Assembly (NCBI GenBank): GCA_964291315.2
Contig: OZ219753.1
Location: 1 to 64,000 of the forward strand
Length of the DNA: 64,000 nucleotides
From: Candidatus Poribacteria bacterium
GTDB taxonomy: Bacteria; Poribacteria; WGA-4E; WGA-3G
Direction of reading: 5' to 3'
Below the pieces are notes generated by a model. That model was not told where the DNA came from and did not search any database. It worked only from the letters and a program-made list of their open reading frames with translations. Positions 41,542 to 51,834 of this stretch are shown here, one piece after another. Both the position numbers and the translations under genes were made by a program. Numbering within the stretch: position 1 is the first letter of the stretch; every line of letters begins with the position of its first letter.

Positions 41542-41575
41542 AGTCACCGCTGTTGCAAGTTTACACAAACAAAGT

Positions 41576-41611
41576 AGGGGAGTTTCCTTATAGAAACTCC
41601 CCTCATGTTTT
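41576..41611 (+). terminator. Intrinsic terminator
   Basis: AGGGGAGTTTC / GAAACTCCCCT stem followed by a T-run. Confidence 0.7.
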
Positions 41612-41723
41612 GAAAAATACGTGGACAGCGCCACATCAATACGGACATGACCATCCGCGGTGTGCATCTGAATCTAAAGAGGAGAAACTGTGCGTGTCCT
41701 GTTTTTGTCTGCAGGAGTAATCT

Positions 41724-41993
41724 AAATCTATACAGACTTTTTCAGCGATTCGATACACTCGCGTATCGAATCCAGCGTCGCCTCGGGAGGTGTGAATTGC
41801 ATCCCGAATCTATGTCTTTTGTGTCAAGTCTTTGGCAACTTAGGAGTCTTTGACGCGTCCTGTGATGTGGTGGTACAGACGGGGCAGTATTTCCGCATCA
41901 ACTCGCTAAACGCTTCAGGGTGTCTTGTTGATAGGACGTAATGCAATGTTTTTCGTAGACTTTGCGGATAACATTTCTTCTGAGTAATAGCAT
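41724..41993 (-). pseudogene. Relic ECF sigma region 2
   Basis: With a frameshift and stops it reads EAFSELMRKY/RLYHHITGRVKDS*VAKDLTQKT*...RGDAGFDTRVYRIAEKVCID. Confidence 0.65.
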
Positions 41994-42214
41994 GTGGGCA
42001 CCTTTCCGTATGTTATTCTTTTTCATCTGGCGAGAGACGTTCCCTCGCTTCTAAGTAGCTTTGTCTTTCTTCACCTGTTACCGGAACACCACAAACTACC
42101 TAAAAAGCATGGGATGCACCTTCAAAAGAATACCCCGTGCTTTCGCTGTGGGAATTGTCAAATTCTCGTGCGTCTATAGTATTCAGGAAAAGATCGCCAA
42201 TTTCCTTAGATGTT

Positions 42215-43222
42215 TTAATTCGTTGTATTTTGCTCCACAAGATCAGCCACAGCTTTCTCAAGTGCAGGACCGCGAAGGTTCGCCCTGCGGACAATGCCCG
42301 CGCTGTCGATCAAAAACGTGGATGGGATTGCTCTAACGTTGTACAGCGTGCTAATTTCGCCACTCCTATCCCAATATTGCCGCCACGCGATTCCTTCCGT
42401 TTTAATGTAGGCATCAAGTGGTTCTATTGCGTTATCTAAGCTAATGCCGATGATCTGGAAGTTTCGGTTTCTGTATTTTGCATACGTCTGTTTAACATTG
42501 GGCATCTCCGCGATACAAGGCGGGCACCATGTTGCCCAGAAATCGAGCAGTACAACCTGTCCACGATACTGTTGTAGTGAAAATTCTTCACCCATTGTGT
42601 CTATTACGTGGAAATCCGGGGCAAGTTTATTAATAAATTGGTTCGGTTCCCGGTTGGGACTCGCTTCAGATGAACCAGGTAATTCACCGTTCCGTGCGCT
42701 CCTATCCTGTGCAAGGAGCTGCTGAGCAGTTTCGGCGTACCTGCCGGTGCTGTACTTTGAGGAGTTTACCAGTTTTTCGTAAAGAGTGTCTGCTTTATCA
42801 GACTCGCTGATTTTGTCATAGGCTAACCCCAAGGTTAGTAGACTCGGTTCAACATAGTTAGCAGATGGATAATCTCTAATAAGTTCTTCAAGTACTGTAA
42901 TAGCCTCTTCTGTCCTCTGCAACTGAACTAGGATTGTACCGAGGTAATAGTAAATCTCGTCCACTTGTCTATGTTTGGGGTGTGCTTTGATGAAAGCCCT
43001 GGATTTCTCAATAAACCCTTCATAATCAGCCAGTTCGCTACCCTCTGAAAGCGCTGCCATCACGGCTTTAATTTCGTTATAACCTTGGGCGGCTGTAACA
43101 GGTGCCGAACCAGTCTTGTTAAGCGTTGAACTCACACAGGAACTAACCAACACCAATCCCGTGAGTGTGACAACGAGAGGATACCAGCGCTTTGTGTTGA
43201 TATTTTCACTTTGAGAAAACAT
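42215..43222 (-). CDS. TPR + TlpA-like thioredoxin lipoprotein
   Basis: Lipobox VSSC, TPR helices and DFWATWCPPC; RBS AGGAGG. Confidence 0.9.
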   Translation of the reverse strand: MFSQSENINTKRWYPLVVTLTGLVLVSSCVSSTLNKTGSAPVTAAQGYNEIKAVMAALSEGSELADYEGFIEKSRAFIKAHPKHRQVDEIYYYLGTILVQLQRTEEAITVLEELIRDYPSANYVEPSLLTLGLAYDKISESDKADTLYEKLVNSSKYSTGRYAETAQQLLAQDRSARNGELPGSSEASPNREPNQFINKLAPDFHVIDTMGEEFSLQQYRGQVVLLDFWATWCPPCIAEMPNVKQTYAKYRNRNFQIIGISLDNAIEPLDAYIKTEGIAWRQYWDRSGEISTLYNVRAIPSTFLIDSAGIVRRANLRGPALEKAVADLVEQNTTN

Positions 43223-43253
43223 CGGCTGCCTCCTTCGAACACATCGGCTTTTA

Positions 43254-43844
43254 TTAAACAGCATTCTGATAGGTATATGCTAGTAACAACTTAATTTCTT
43301 CTAACTGCACCTGTTGCAGGAAACGCGTTACCTCTGAAGTCGAATCACCCTCAGCGGTTTCACACCAATCGATGAGCTGGTAGGGGTCCCAGTTCTCCTG
43401 CAACGCAATAGTTTTCCCAATAGCTGCGAGTGCATCCGATGGGCTAGGTGTTTCCGTGAAAAGCTCAACGGCGCGTTCCCGGAGTTCTGGGAAAATCGAG
43501 TGAGTGCCGACTCTGCCGAACCAATACTTGGCATTAGGATAATCAGGCTCGCGGCGGTGCATGATACCGTGCCAGTAGCTGCCTGTTTGGTTCGTGAGCC
43601 CTTGAGAAATAGTGTGCGATTCATCCAGAGCGTCGTTCCATAGGAGTAAACCGCTTTTAATAGCTTCACCAAAGATAGTATTTTTTAACGATTGTCCATC
43701 AAAAAGTTTATCAAGGGATGACGATTGCAGCGTGTCTGTCAATTCATTACGCCATGCTTCCTTCGGAACAAGTGCTGGTAACACGGTGCGCGCCTCTAAT
43801 TTTTCGATAATTTCGGCAATTGCCGATGTATATGTTACAACCAT
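43254..43844 (-). CDS. Conserved hypothetical protein
   Basis: LDESHTISQ...SYWHGIMHRREPDYPNAKYWF; RBS AAGGAG. Confidence 0.8.
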   Translation of the reverse strand: MVVTYTSAIAEIIEKLEARTVLPALVPKEAWRNELTDTLQSSSLDKLFDGQSLKNTIFGEAIKSGLLLWNDALDESHTISQGLTNQTGSYWHGIMHRREPDYPNAKYWFGRVGTHSIFPELRERAVELFTETPSPSDALAAIGKTIALQENWDPYQLIDWCETAEGDSTSEVTRFLQQVQLEEIKLLLAYTYQNAV

Positions 43845-44000
43845 GAAAAGACTCCTTACGTTCAAATTGATTTGGAATTAATTTACCATGTTTCGGGAAA
43901 TAAATCAAGTTTTCTCATATTTTCGTTTGCTCTTAGATCTGAAATATGTTAGTATTATTGAAAAGCAGCCTATAGACTCGGAGAGAGTTTCAGCGAAAAA

Positions 44001-44357
44001 ATGGGAACGGCCTTTAAAAAAGCGTTAATTATTTTCATCGGTTTTATTGTGGTTTTGGGCGGTGTTTTAATCGCTGTTATCCACAACTATTCCCAGTACG
44101 GATCGCTGCCGGAAACAATCCAGATGGTAGATTTTTCGGGGATATTGATGGCTGTTTTGGGTGCATGTTTTCTAAGTTTGATAAGCATTGCTCTGACTTT
44201 CTGGCTGGCTCGAGCCTGGGTAAACGAACGTCCTGAACTCGGGGAACGGATCATCCACCTGGCCCTCGTTGTCAGTATCAGTCTTATTACTATTTTCGGG
44301 GGGTTGGCAGCGGGTCTGATTGTCTTACGGACTTTATGGACGATCGGTTTTTTCTGA
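44001..44357 (+). CDS. Small three-TM membrane protein
   Basis: Three hydrophobic segments. Confidence 0.7.
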   Translation: MGTAFKKALIIFIGFIVVLGGVLIAVIHNYSQYGSLPETIQMVDFSGILMAVLGACFLSLISIALTFWLARAWVNERPELGERIIHLALVVSISLITIFGGLAAGLIVLRTLWTIGFF

Positions 44358-44362
44358 TTAAC

Positions 44363-44391
44363 TTGCATTTCTTTTACCGATATGGTATAAT
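44363..44391 (+). promoter_or_regulatory. Promoter for infC-rpmI-rplT
   Basis: TTGCAT-17 bp-TATAAT with an extended -10 TG. Confidence 0.7.
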
Positions 44392-44574
44392 TAATATGGT
44401 CGTTCATAGCTAAACATGCATGTGACGTGCATTTTTAACGTCACGGTAGCTACAAAACGTTTTGCGAATAATTTTTATTTTGTATACTTTTATTTTGTAT
44501 ACTATAGAGCGATGGTTAAACTCTTCGCTCTTGCAAGCAGGGCACTGCAGTGCCTTTACTTGGGGGTGTGAAAA

Positions 44575-45120
44575 ATACACTATAGAGGCAGACGTACTCA
44601 GCGGAAGGTTGAAAGACAAAGTCGTTCCAATTATCAGATTCGGGCGAAAGAGATACTGCTAATAAACCAAGACAATAAGCAAGTGGGGGTCATGTCGCCG
44701 CGTGAGGCGATGAAACTGGCTGAAGAGGTTGGATTGGATTTAGTAGAGGTCTCTCCGAACGCTAAACCTCCCGTTTGTAAGATTATGGACTACGGGAAAT
44801 ACCAGTACGAGAAGAATAAACGTGCGCGCGAGGCTCGGAAGAAACAGTCTAAGGTTGTTTTGAAGGGAATGCAGTTCCGACCCGATACAGCGGAACACGA
44901 CTACCAGTTCAAGAAACGGCATGTTGAGGATTTTCTGAAAAACGGTTGGAAGGTCCGGGCAACGGTGCGTTTCCGTGGGCGTGAGATGCTCCACACCGAC
45001 CTTGGCAGGAATTTGCTTTCACGGCTCAAAGATGACCTTGAAGAAATCGCCGATGTCGAACAGCCTCCGCGAATGGAAACTCGCATTATGGCCATGACCC
45101 TCGCACCGAAATCTTCCTAA
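44575..45120 (+). CDS. infC: Translation initiation factor IF-3, non-canonical ATA start
   Basis: The frame continues upstream of 44683 (NYQIRAKEILLI) to ATA 44575, after SD-like GGGGGTG and an in-frame TGA; PPVCKIMDYGKY; FRGRE. Confidence 0.92.
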   Translation: MHYRGRRTQRKVERQSRSNYQIRAKEILLINQDNKQVGVMSPREAMKLAEEVGLDLVEVSPNAKPPVCKIMDYGKYQYEKNKRAREARKKQSKVVLKGMQFRPDTAEHDYQFKKRHVEDFLKNGWKVRATVRFRGREMLHTDLGRNLLSRLKDDLEEIADVEQPPRMETRIMAMTLAPKSS

Positions 45121-45225
45121 TCTTTTGCTCAAGGACAACTCACAATTGTAGATGCAACCTTGAATAGATGCGGAATGCGCGTGTGACCTTCAGTCGAGAC
45201 CTTACACTTTATCAAGGATATTTTT

Positions 45226-45420
45226 ATGCCAAAAATCAAAACACATAAAGGTGCCGCCAAACGTTTCAAATTCACAGGTAAGGGTAAAATTCGCCGGAAT
45301 CGCGCTTATGCTGGACATCTGTTCCTTTCAAAGTCAGCTAAACGCAAGCGTAGATTACGACAAGCAACTTTAGTCGATCCCAGCAATGAGAAACGTTTGA
45401 AACGCCTAATTCATCAATAG
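45226..45420 (+). CDS. rpmI: 50S ribosomal protein L35
   Basis: MPKIKTHKGAAKRFK. Confidence 0.97.
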   Translation: MPKIKTHKGAAKRFKFTGKGKIRRNRAYAGHLFLSKSAKRKRRLRQATLVDPSNEKRLKRLIHQ

Positions 45421-45573
45421 CGGTTCGTTAAGTGAATCTTGTGGAAAACTGTAGAAGAAGATTAGGAACCGCCATAGTGATTAATGAAGCACGAACCTCT
45501 AATTGTGAATAAGTGAACGCACGCGGAGGGTAAATTGCGGATTGCTAATAGTGAACCGCGACAGGAGTTTTAA

Positions 45574-45921
45574 ATGGCACGAGTAAAAACAGGGAGTGTG
45601 CGACGCAAGCAGCGGAGGCGCATACTCAAGCATTCCAAAGGCTACCGAGGGGGCAGGAACAACCTGAAGCGAACCGCCATGGAGGCGGTCGAGAAGGGGT
45701 GGAACCACGCCTACGCCCATCGGCGTGCACGGAAACGCGATTTTAGACGACTTTGGATCACACGGATTAATGCCGCCGCAAGACTACATGGACTCAACTA
45801 CAGTCGATTCATGCACGGTCTCAAAACCGCTGGTATTGAACTCGATCGGAAAGTCCTCGCTGACATCGCTGTGAATGATGCAGCGGGCTTTGGAAAACTT
45901 GCCGCCCTCGTAAAGGGTTAA
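45574..45921 (+). CDS. rplT: 50S ribosomal protein L20
   Basis: MARVK...[17 protein letters not shown]. Confidence 0.97.
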   Translation: MARVKTGSVRRKQRRRILKHSKGYRGGRNNLKRTAMEAVEKGWNHAYAHRRARKRDFRRLWITRINAAARLHGLNYSRFMHGLKTAGIELDRKVLADIAVNDAAGFGKLAALVKG

Positions 45922-45967
45922 TGGATGCACTACTGAGGCATTTTACATTAAAATAAAAATCGATCCA

Positions 45968-46212
45968 TTGAATGGCTGTGATGGGACACATGTAAGCGGT
46001 TGAACCTCTCAATCAGAGAGACTGCGTCATCGGCTGGAAACGTGGTTTTGAGAACAATTGCCGAATTTCATCCTGGAGCCCTTGAAAAAAATAATCAAGC
46101 GGGCAGATTTTGGGAATCTGTCAAGCGGGGTGGTACCGCGGAAGTAGATGCCTATCGCTTTCGTCCCCAGAAGGAACGAACCTTTATGGGACAAAGTGGT
46201 AGGCGTTTTTTA
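45968..46212 (+). promoter_or_regulatory. T-box riboswitch (Phe)
   Basis: AGAGA/GCTG stem-I motifs, a TTC specifier in GAATTTCATCC, T-box GGGTGGTACCGCG, and a terminator ending GGTAGGCGTTTTTT; directly upstream of pheS. Confidence 0.9.
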
Positions 46213-46335
46213 TTAAGGCTATCGGCTCACAGCTCCTTGTGCTTTCAGTTTTCAGCTACAGATGCGTTTGTGGAATCAACAAATATTATACTACAGATGG
46301 CTATTGCCGGTTGATAGCCAAAAACAGAGAGAAGT

Positions 46336-47352
46336 ATGAAAGTAGAATTAGAGGCGATAAAGACAGAAGCACTTCAGGCTTTAAAACGGATTGAAACGCT
46401 TAATGCACTTGAGTCACTCAGGATTGAGTATTTCGGGCGCAGGGGAAAATTGACCCATGTTATGAAGGGCATGGGTAAACTTTCAAAACGGGAACGCCCA
46501 GAGATCGGAAAACTCGCGAATGAGGTGCAAGCCACACTCATGGGAGCGTTTGGAGCCATAACAGAGAGGTTGGAGCATCGACAACAGGAACAGCAGCTCA
46601 ACACAGAAGCTGTTGACATCACACTTCCCGGACGGAAGCCCGCTTATGGGAAAGCGCATCCCGTGATGCAGGTATTAGAACGGATCGAGGCGATTTTTTG
46701 CCAAATGGGATTTGAGGTGAGGACGGGGCCGGATGTGGAGACAGAATATTATAACTTTGATGCTTTGAATACCCCCCGAGATCACCCAGCGCGCGACTTA
46801 CATGATACCTTTTACTTGACAGATGGACGTCTCCTCCGGACACACACATCGCCTGTACAGATCCGCGTGATGGAGGATAGGAAACCGCCGGTCCGAATTA
46901 TTGTGCCCGGGAAATGTTATCGGGTAGATTACGACGTGTCACACACGCCGATGTTTCATCAAGTGGAGGGCCTTCTTGTCGATAGACGTGCCACTTTTAG
47001 CGAACTTAAAGGGATTTTGACCTCTTTTGCACGGCAGATGTTTGGCAACCGTACACAGATGCGTTTTCGTCCACATTTCTTTCCATTTACGGAGCCGAGT
47101 GCAGAGGTGGACATCTCCTGCACCGTTTGCCAAGGAAAAGGTTGTCGAAGTTGTGGGAACTCCGGATGGATCGAGATCCTTGGTGCTGGGGCTGTGGATC
47201 CAGATGTGTTTGAAGCAGTGAACTACGAACCTCATGAGGTTACGGGATTTGCCTTCGGTATGGGAGTAGAGCGGATTACGAATCTGATGTTCCGTGTCCC
47301 CGATATCCGTGCTTTTTATGAAAACGATCTCCGATTTTTGCGTCAGTTCTAA
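46336..47352 (+). CDS. pheS: Phenylalanyl-tRNA synthetase alpha subunit
   Basis: Motifs HPARDLHDTFY, LRTHTSPVQ and FPFTEPS. Confidence 0.98.
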   Translation: MKVELEAIKTEALQALKRIETLNALESLRIEYFGRRGKLTHVMKGMGKLSKRERPEIGKLANEVQATLMGAFGAITERLEHRQQEQQLNTEAVDITLPGRKPAYGKAHPVMQVLERIEAIFCQMGFEVRTGPDVETEYYNFDALNTPRDHPARDLHDTFYLTDGRLLRTHTSPVQIRVMEDRKPPVRIIVPGKCYRVDYDVSHTPMFHQVEGLLVDRRATFSELKGILTSFARQMFGNRTQMRFRPHFFPFTEPSAEVDISCTVCQGKGCRSCGNSGWIEILGAGAVDPDVFEAVNYEPHEVTGFAFGMGVERITNLMFRVPDIRAFYENDLRFLRQF

Positions 47353-47444
47353 TCGGAATTGACAATTAAGGGTTAACCGCTGAGTCTCGAAATGCCAATA
47401 GCCGGCAGCAGAAAAAAAATAAAAGTGGAAAAAGGACTTAATAG

Positions 47445-49841
47445 ATGAACGTAACCTTAAATTGGCTCAAAACCTACATTGATTTTGAATTTTCTCCGCA
47501 TGAACTTGCTGATCGGCTAACAATGTTAGGTGTTGAAGTCGAAGCTGTTAAACAACTTAATACTGGGTTAGACGGTGTAGTCGTCGGGAAAATCGGTGCC
47601 GTCGGACCGCATCCGAACGCCGACAATCTCGTTCTCTGTCAGGTTGATGTCGGCAAAGCAGAAGAACTTCAGATTGTCTGTGGTGCACCGAATGTTCGAG
47701 AGGGTATGCTTACACCTGTTGCTACAGTCGGTGCGACGCTGCCTATTGGTTTGACAATCAAACCTGCCCAGCTGCGAGGTGAAGTTTCACAGGGAATGCT
47801 CTGCTCCGAAAAAGAGTTAGGATTCTCTGAGGATGCCTCAGGTTTGATGGAGTTACCTATTGATATGTCCGTGGGTACATCTTTGATGGCGGCTTTAAGG
47901 CTAGACGATGTTATTTTTGAGCTTGAGGTTACACCGAATCGTCCAGATTGTCTGAGTCATATCGGTGTGGCTCGCGAGATCCGCGCAGAGACGGGAAATC
48001 CGGTGAAGATGCCTCAGGTCAGTTTGAAGGAGAACGAAGCTGATATCCGAGATCTCACCTCTGTAACGATTGATGCTCCCGATCTCTGTCCACGTTATGC
48101 CGCCCGTGTTATTCAAGGCGTTAAAGTCGGAAAATCGCCAATGTGGTTGCAACGGAGACTTGAATCTGTCGGGGTCGGCGTTGTTAACAACATTGTTGAT
48201 GTCACAAACTTCGTCTTGATGGAATATGGACAGCCTCTGCATGCATTTGATTATCACAAACTTGCTGGCAACCGCATCGTTGTGCGACAAGCGACGGATG
48301 GTGAGCGGTTAACAACTCTTGACGAGACAGAGCGAAAACTGACTGCTGATATGCTCGTCATCGCCGATGCCGAAAAACCGGTCGCGCTAGCTGGAATTAT
48401 GGGGGGGTACGATTCTGAGATCACAGAATCCACGTCTGATGTGTTGTTGGAAAGCGCCTACTTTAATCCCTCGAATATTCGCGCTACTGCAAAGGCGTTG
48501 CAGATGAATACGGAAGCCTCATACAGATTCGAACGCGGGGCGGATCCGGGAATGGTTCCCGTGGCACTCGATCGGGCAGCGCAACTCATCGCTGAATTAG
48601 CAGCCGGGACTGTCTGTAAAGGAGTCGTTGATGTCTATCCCGGGCAACAACCATTAACCAAAATTCAACTCCATCCAGATCGCGTCAATTTTGTATTGGG
48701 AACTGCGCTTGAAACTGCCGAGATGGAAGATATTTTGAATCGTCTCGGTTTTGAAGTGAAGACCTCCGGAGATACCTATCAGGTTATTGTACCCACATTC
48801 AGATCTGACATTACTCGTGAGATTGACCTCATCGAGGAAATCGCCCGGGTCTACGGTTATGATAATATTCCGACCACCTTACCGAAAGGCGATATTCCGG
48901 TGCCAGCACCTAACCCGAAGGCGGAAGTCTGTAGGCGCATCAAACATTTTTTGATCGCTGCCGGTATGATGGAAGCCGTGAACTATAGTTTTTGTGACCC
49001 GAACTGCTTTGAGAAGATCCGTTTAGCGGCAGACAGTCCACTGCGCGAGGCCTTGCAATTGCGAAATCCGTTAAGCCCAGAGATGTCCATACTCCGCACA
49101 ACGCTTATACCAGGGTTGCTCGAAAACACGCAGCATAATCGGAATCACCAAATCAAGGCTATTGCCCTTTTTGAGATCGGAAACGTTTTTACTCGAGATA
49201 GCAATCAGAAAGAACCAGAACGGGTTGCAGGGGTTCTCGCCGGACAAGTGGGCGATGGAGTCTACGGGAATATGCATCGGGATCCGGATTTCTTTGACAT
49301 CAAGGGGATCGTGGAGGGTATGATTGAGGCATGCGGTATTCCTGAATACACCTTGCAAAAAACCGGCATGCCAATTTTCCATCCTGGGCGCAACGCAGCG
49401 ATGTTGTTAGGAGAAATACAGGTCGGCACCTTCGGAGAAGTGCATCCGAAGGTTCTCGAAAATTACGACCTACCTTATAAGGCGTATCTCTTTGAATTTG
49501 ACCTTGAAGCATTGGTGAATGCTGCAGTGTTTGCCAAACGTTTTGAACCAATTTCCATCTATCCAAAGGTGGAACGCGACCTTGCTATTGTCGTGGATAA
49601 GGCAATACTGTCAGATAGACCTATAGATCTTATCTGCACAACTGGAGCGGAGTGGATAGAATCGGTGCGCTTGTTCGATGTTTACGAGGGGGAACAGGTT
49701 CCTGAAGGTAAAAAGAGTCTCGCTTACACTATCGTTTACCATTCTAGCACCCAGACGTTGACAGACAAGGCTGTGAATGTGCTACATGCCCGGGTTATTG
49801 AACGTCTCCATCAAGAATTAGGAGCGGAATTACGGATGTAG
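47445..49841 (+). CDS. pheT: Phenylalanyl-tRNA synthetase beta subunit
   Basis: Motifs [14 protein letters not shown] and [12 protein letters not shown]; FDX-ACB C-terminus. Confidence 0.98.
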   Translation: MNVTLNWLKTYIDFEFSPHELADRLTMLGVEVEAVKQLNTGLDGVVVGKIGAVGPHPNADNLVLCQVDVGKAEELQIVCGAPNVREGMLTPVATVGATLPIGLTIKPAQLRGEVSQGMLCSEKELGFSEDASGLMELPIDMSVGTSLMAALRLDDVIFELEVTPNRPDCLSHIGVAREIRAETGNPVKMPQVSLKENEADIRDLTSVTIDAPDLCPRYAARVIQGVKVGKSPMWLQRRLESVGVGVVNNIVDVTNFVLMEYGQPLHAFDYHKLAGNRIVVRQATDGERLTTLDETERKLTADMLVIADAEKPVALAGIMGGYDSEITESTSDVLLESAYFNPSNIRATAKALQMNTEASYRFERGADPGMVPVALDRAAQLIAELAAGTVCKGVVDVYPGQQPLTKIQLHPDRVNFVLGTALETAEMEDILNRLGFEVKTSGDTYQVIVPTFRSDITREIDLIEEIARVYGYDNIPTTLPKGDIPVPAPNPKAEVCRRIKHFLIAAGMMEAVNYSFCDPNCFEKIRLAADSPLREALQLRNPLSPEMSILRTTLIPGLLENTQHNRNHQIKAIALFEIGNVFTRDSNQKEPERVAGVLAGQVGDGVYGNMHRDPDFFDIKGIVEGMIEACGIPEYTLQKTGMPIFHPGRNAAMLLGEIQVGTFGEVHPKVLENYDLPYKAYLFEFDLEALVNAAVFAKRFEPISIYPKVERDLAIVVDKAILSDRPIDLICTTGAEWIESVRLFDVYEGEQVPEGKKSLAYTIVYHSSTQTLTDKAVNVLHARVIERLHQELGAELRM

Positions 49842-49905
49842 ATGAACAGTTCCCGGCGGTCAAAAGTCGACAAGAGGAATATGATTCATTAAGCCCTTTT
49901 TCTAA

Positions 49906-50721
49906 TTGCGGCAAACCAAAAGCCCAGCAACTATAGCTCTGAGGCCTCGATCAAATTTGAGCGACAAAAAAATACAGACTTTATTTTCAGCCGTGGCGCG
50001 GCACTATGATTTTCTCAACTCATTGTTGAGTCTCAGGCGCGACAGGAGTTGGCGTCGCGAAACAGTCAACGCAAGTAATGTCGAACCCACCAGTTGGGTG
50101 TTAGATGTCTGCACCGGCACGGGCGAACTTGCCCTTGCATACACCGATAAGATTTCGGCAGGCGGTTGTGTTATCGCTTCTGATTTCTGCTTTGAGATGT
50201 TGGTTATCGGTGATCAAAAAGTTGAGAGTGGAAGGTTGGAAGATAGAAAGATTGGGCACGCATCTCGCCTGCCTGCTGCTTTCCCTTTATCTCCTTCTGT
50301 CCCACGTTTTCTCGCAGCGGATACGCTTACCCTTCCGTTTTTAGACAATACCTTTGACGTTGTCTCTGTCGGCTTCGGGATTCGGAACGTCTCGAATTTA
50401 GAGTCCGGGATTCGAGAGATGACGCGCGTCGCTGTGCCCGGGGGTAGGGTTGTCACCTTGGAATTCACACAGCCTGTGAACCCGCTGTTTCGAGGCCTCT
50501 ACTATTTCTATTTCACGAAGATCTTACCCTTTATCGGAAACCGCATCTCTGGAAATGAGGAGGATGCGTATGGGTATCTGCCCCGTTCTGTTATGAAGTT
50601 CCCGAATTGCGACGCTTTGAAAGCCGTTATGGAGCAGTGCGGTCTGACAGATGTAAAGTTCTATCGGAAGACGTTCGGCATTGTCGCAATCCATGTTGGA
50701 AAGAAACCTAGCGCTCTCTGA
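49906..50721 (+). CDS. menG: Demethylmenaquinone methyltransferase (UbiE/MenG); true start probably TTG 49957
   Basis: Motifs YDFLNSLLS, LDVCTGTG, FGIRNV and AYGYLP. Confidence 0.85.
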   Translation: MRQTKSPATIALRPRSNLSDKKIQTLFSAVARHYDFLNSLLSLRRDRSWRRETVNASNVEPTSWVLDVCTGTGELALAYTDKISAGGCVIASDFCFEMLVIGDQKVESGRLEDRKIGHASRLPAAFPLSPSVPRFLAADTLTLPFLDNTFDVVSVGFGIRNVSNLESGIREMTRVAVPGGRVVTLEFTQPVNPLFRGLYYFYFTKILPFIGNRISGNEEDAYGYLPRSVMKFPNCDALKAVMEQCGLTDVKFYRKTFGIVAIHVGKKPSAL

Positions 50722-50780
50722 ATCTGCGTCCGATTATTCGCGATTGGCTATTGGCTATTGTCGGTAATTTTCTTAAGTTG

Positions 50781-51713
50781 CTAACTGTTATCTGTCAAAC
50801 GTTCCAAGTGGGCGACAACTGATTCGGATGTCCCTTCTAAACTATAACCGCCTTCTAGGGCAGAGACGACTCGTTCCTCAGCAAACTCAAGAATCAGGTC
50901 TGTCAATCTGGCGAAACCTGTTGCAGTGAGTTCGATGCCAGCGAGCGGGTCGAGGTAGTGTGCATCGAACCCGGCCGAGATTAACGTGAATTCGGGTGAG
51001 AAGTCTTGCAATGCGGGGATGAGCATGTCCGTGAAGACTGTGGCATACTCGTCATCTCCGCTTCCCGCGGGCATCGGCGCATTTAAAGTCGTGCTGCGGG
51101 CTCTGCCGCTACCGCGTTCGTAACTCGAACCTGTGCCGGGGTAGAGCGGTGATTGGTGGATAGAAAAGAAGAAGACAGACTCGTCTTCGTAGAAAATGTC
51201 TTGTGTGCCGTTACCGTGGTGGACATCCCAGTCGATAATCGCGACCTTCCCGACACCGTGTTCTCGTTGAAGGTAGCGTGCAGCAATGGCAATGTTGTTG
51301 AACAAGCAAAAACCCATGCTCCGATTTGATGTGGCGTGGTGTCCAGGTGGACGCACCATAGCGAAAGCGTTTTGAACGGTTCCGGCAGCGACCGCATCTG
51401 CCGCACACAGTACGCCGCCTGTTGAGAGCAACGCGACATCGTACGAGGCCTTCACGACAGTTGTATCGTAGGTGAGTGGAAGCTCTGATGCACAGTGTTG
51501 CGCGATGTGATTCGGATAGTTAGATTCGTGAACGTAGAGGAGCTGCGCCGGGCTTACCGGGGTTGGTTCAATGCGGTGTAGTTGTTCCCAAACGTCGCTC
51601 TGCTGAAGCGTTGAGAGGCTCACACTCAGCCGGTCAGGACGTTCAGGATGATTCGGACCCGTGTCGTGGTTGAGATAGTCTGGATGATAGACGAAGCCTG
51701 TTTTTTGTGTCAT
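50781..51713 (-). CDS. Histone-deacetylase-family (Zn-dependent) deacylase
   Basis: Motifs HPERPDR, RPPGHH, DWDVHHGNGTQ, SAGFDAH and LEGGY. Confidence 0.95.
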   Translation of the reverse strand: MTQKTGFVYHPDYLNHDTGPNHPERPDRLSVSLSTLQQSDVWEQLHRIEPTPVSPAQLLYVHESNYPNHIAQHCASELPLTYDTTVVKASYDVALLSTGGVLCAADAVAAGTVQNAFAMVRPPGHHATSNRSMGFCLFNNIAIAARYLQREHGVGKVAIIDWDVHHGNGTQDIFYEDESVFFFSIHQSPLYPGTGSSYERGSGRARSTTLNAPMPAGSGDDEYATVFTDMLIPALQDFSPEFTLISAGFDAHYLDPLAGIELTATGFARLTDLILEFAEERVVSALEGGYSLEGTSESVVAHLERLTDNS

Positions 51714-51834
51714 ATATTTTCCCTTTCTGTCGGTATTGTTTAAATAATATATCGCGGAACGAGATAAATCAATTGAAAATATGCTGTGCTCATATTGTTA
51801 CACGGACTCGGAATAACTAGTATCCTTTAATCAG

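Noticed and set aside
44473-44502. TTTTATTTTGTATAC tandem duplication and possible L20 leader
   Set aside because: The repeat is real but short and AT-rich; I could not confirm an L20-leader fold by eye.
46000-46314. 104-aa ORF before pheS
   Set aside because: It overlaps the T-box leader and is likely spurious.
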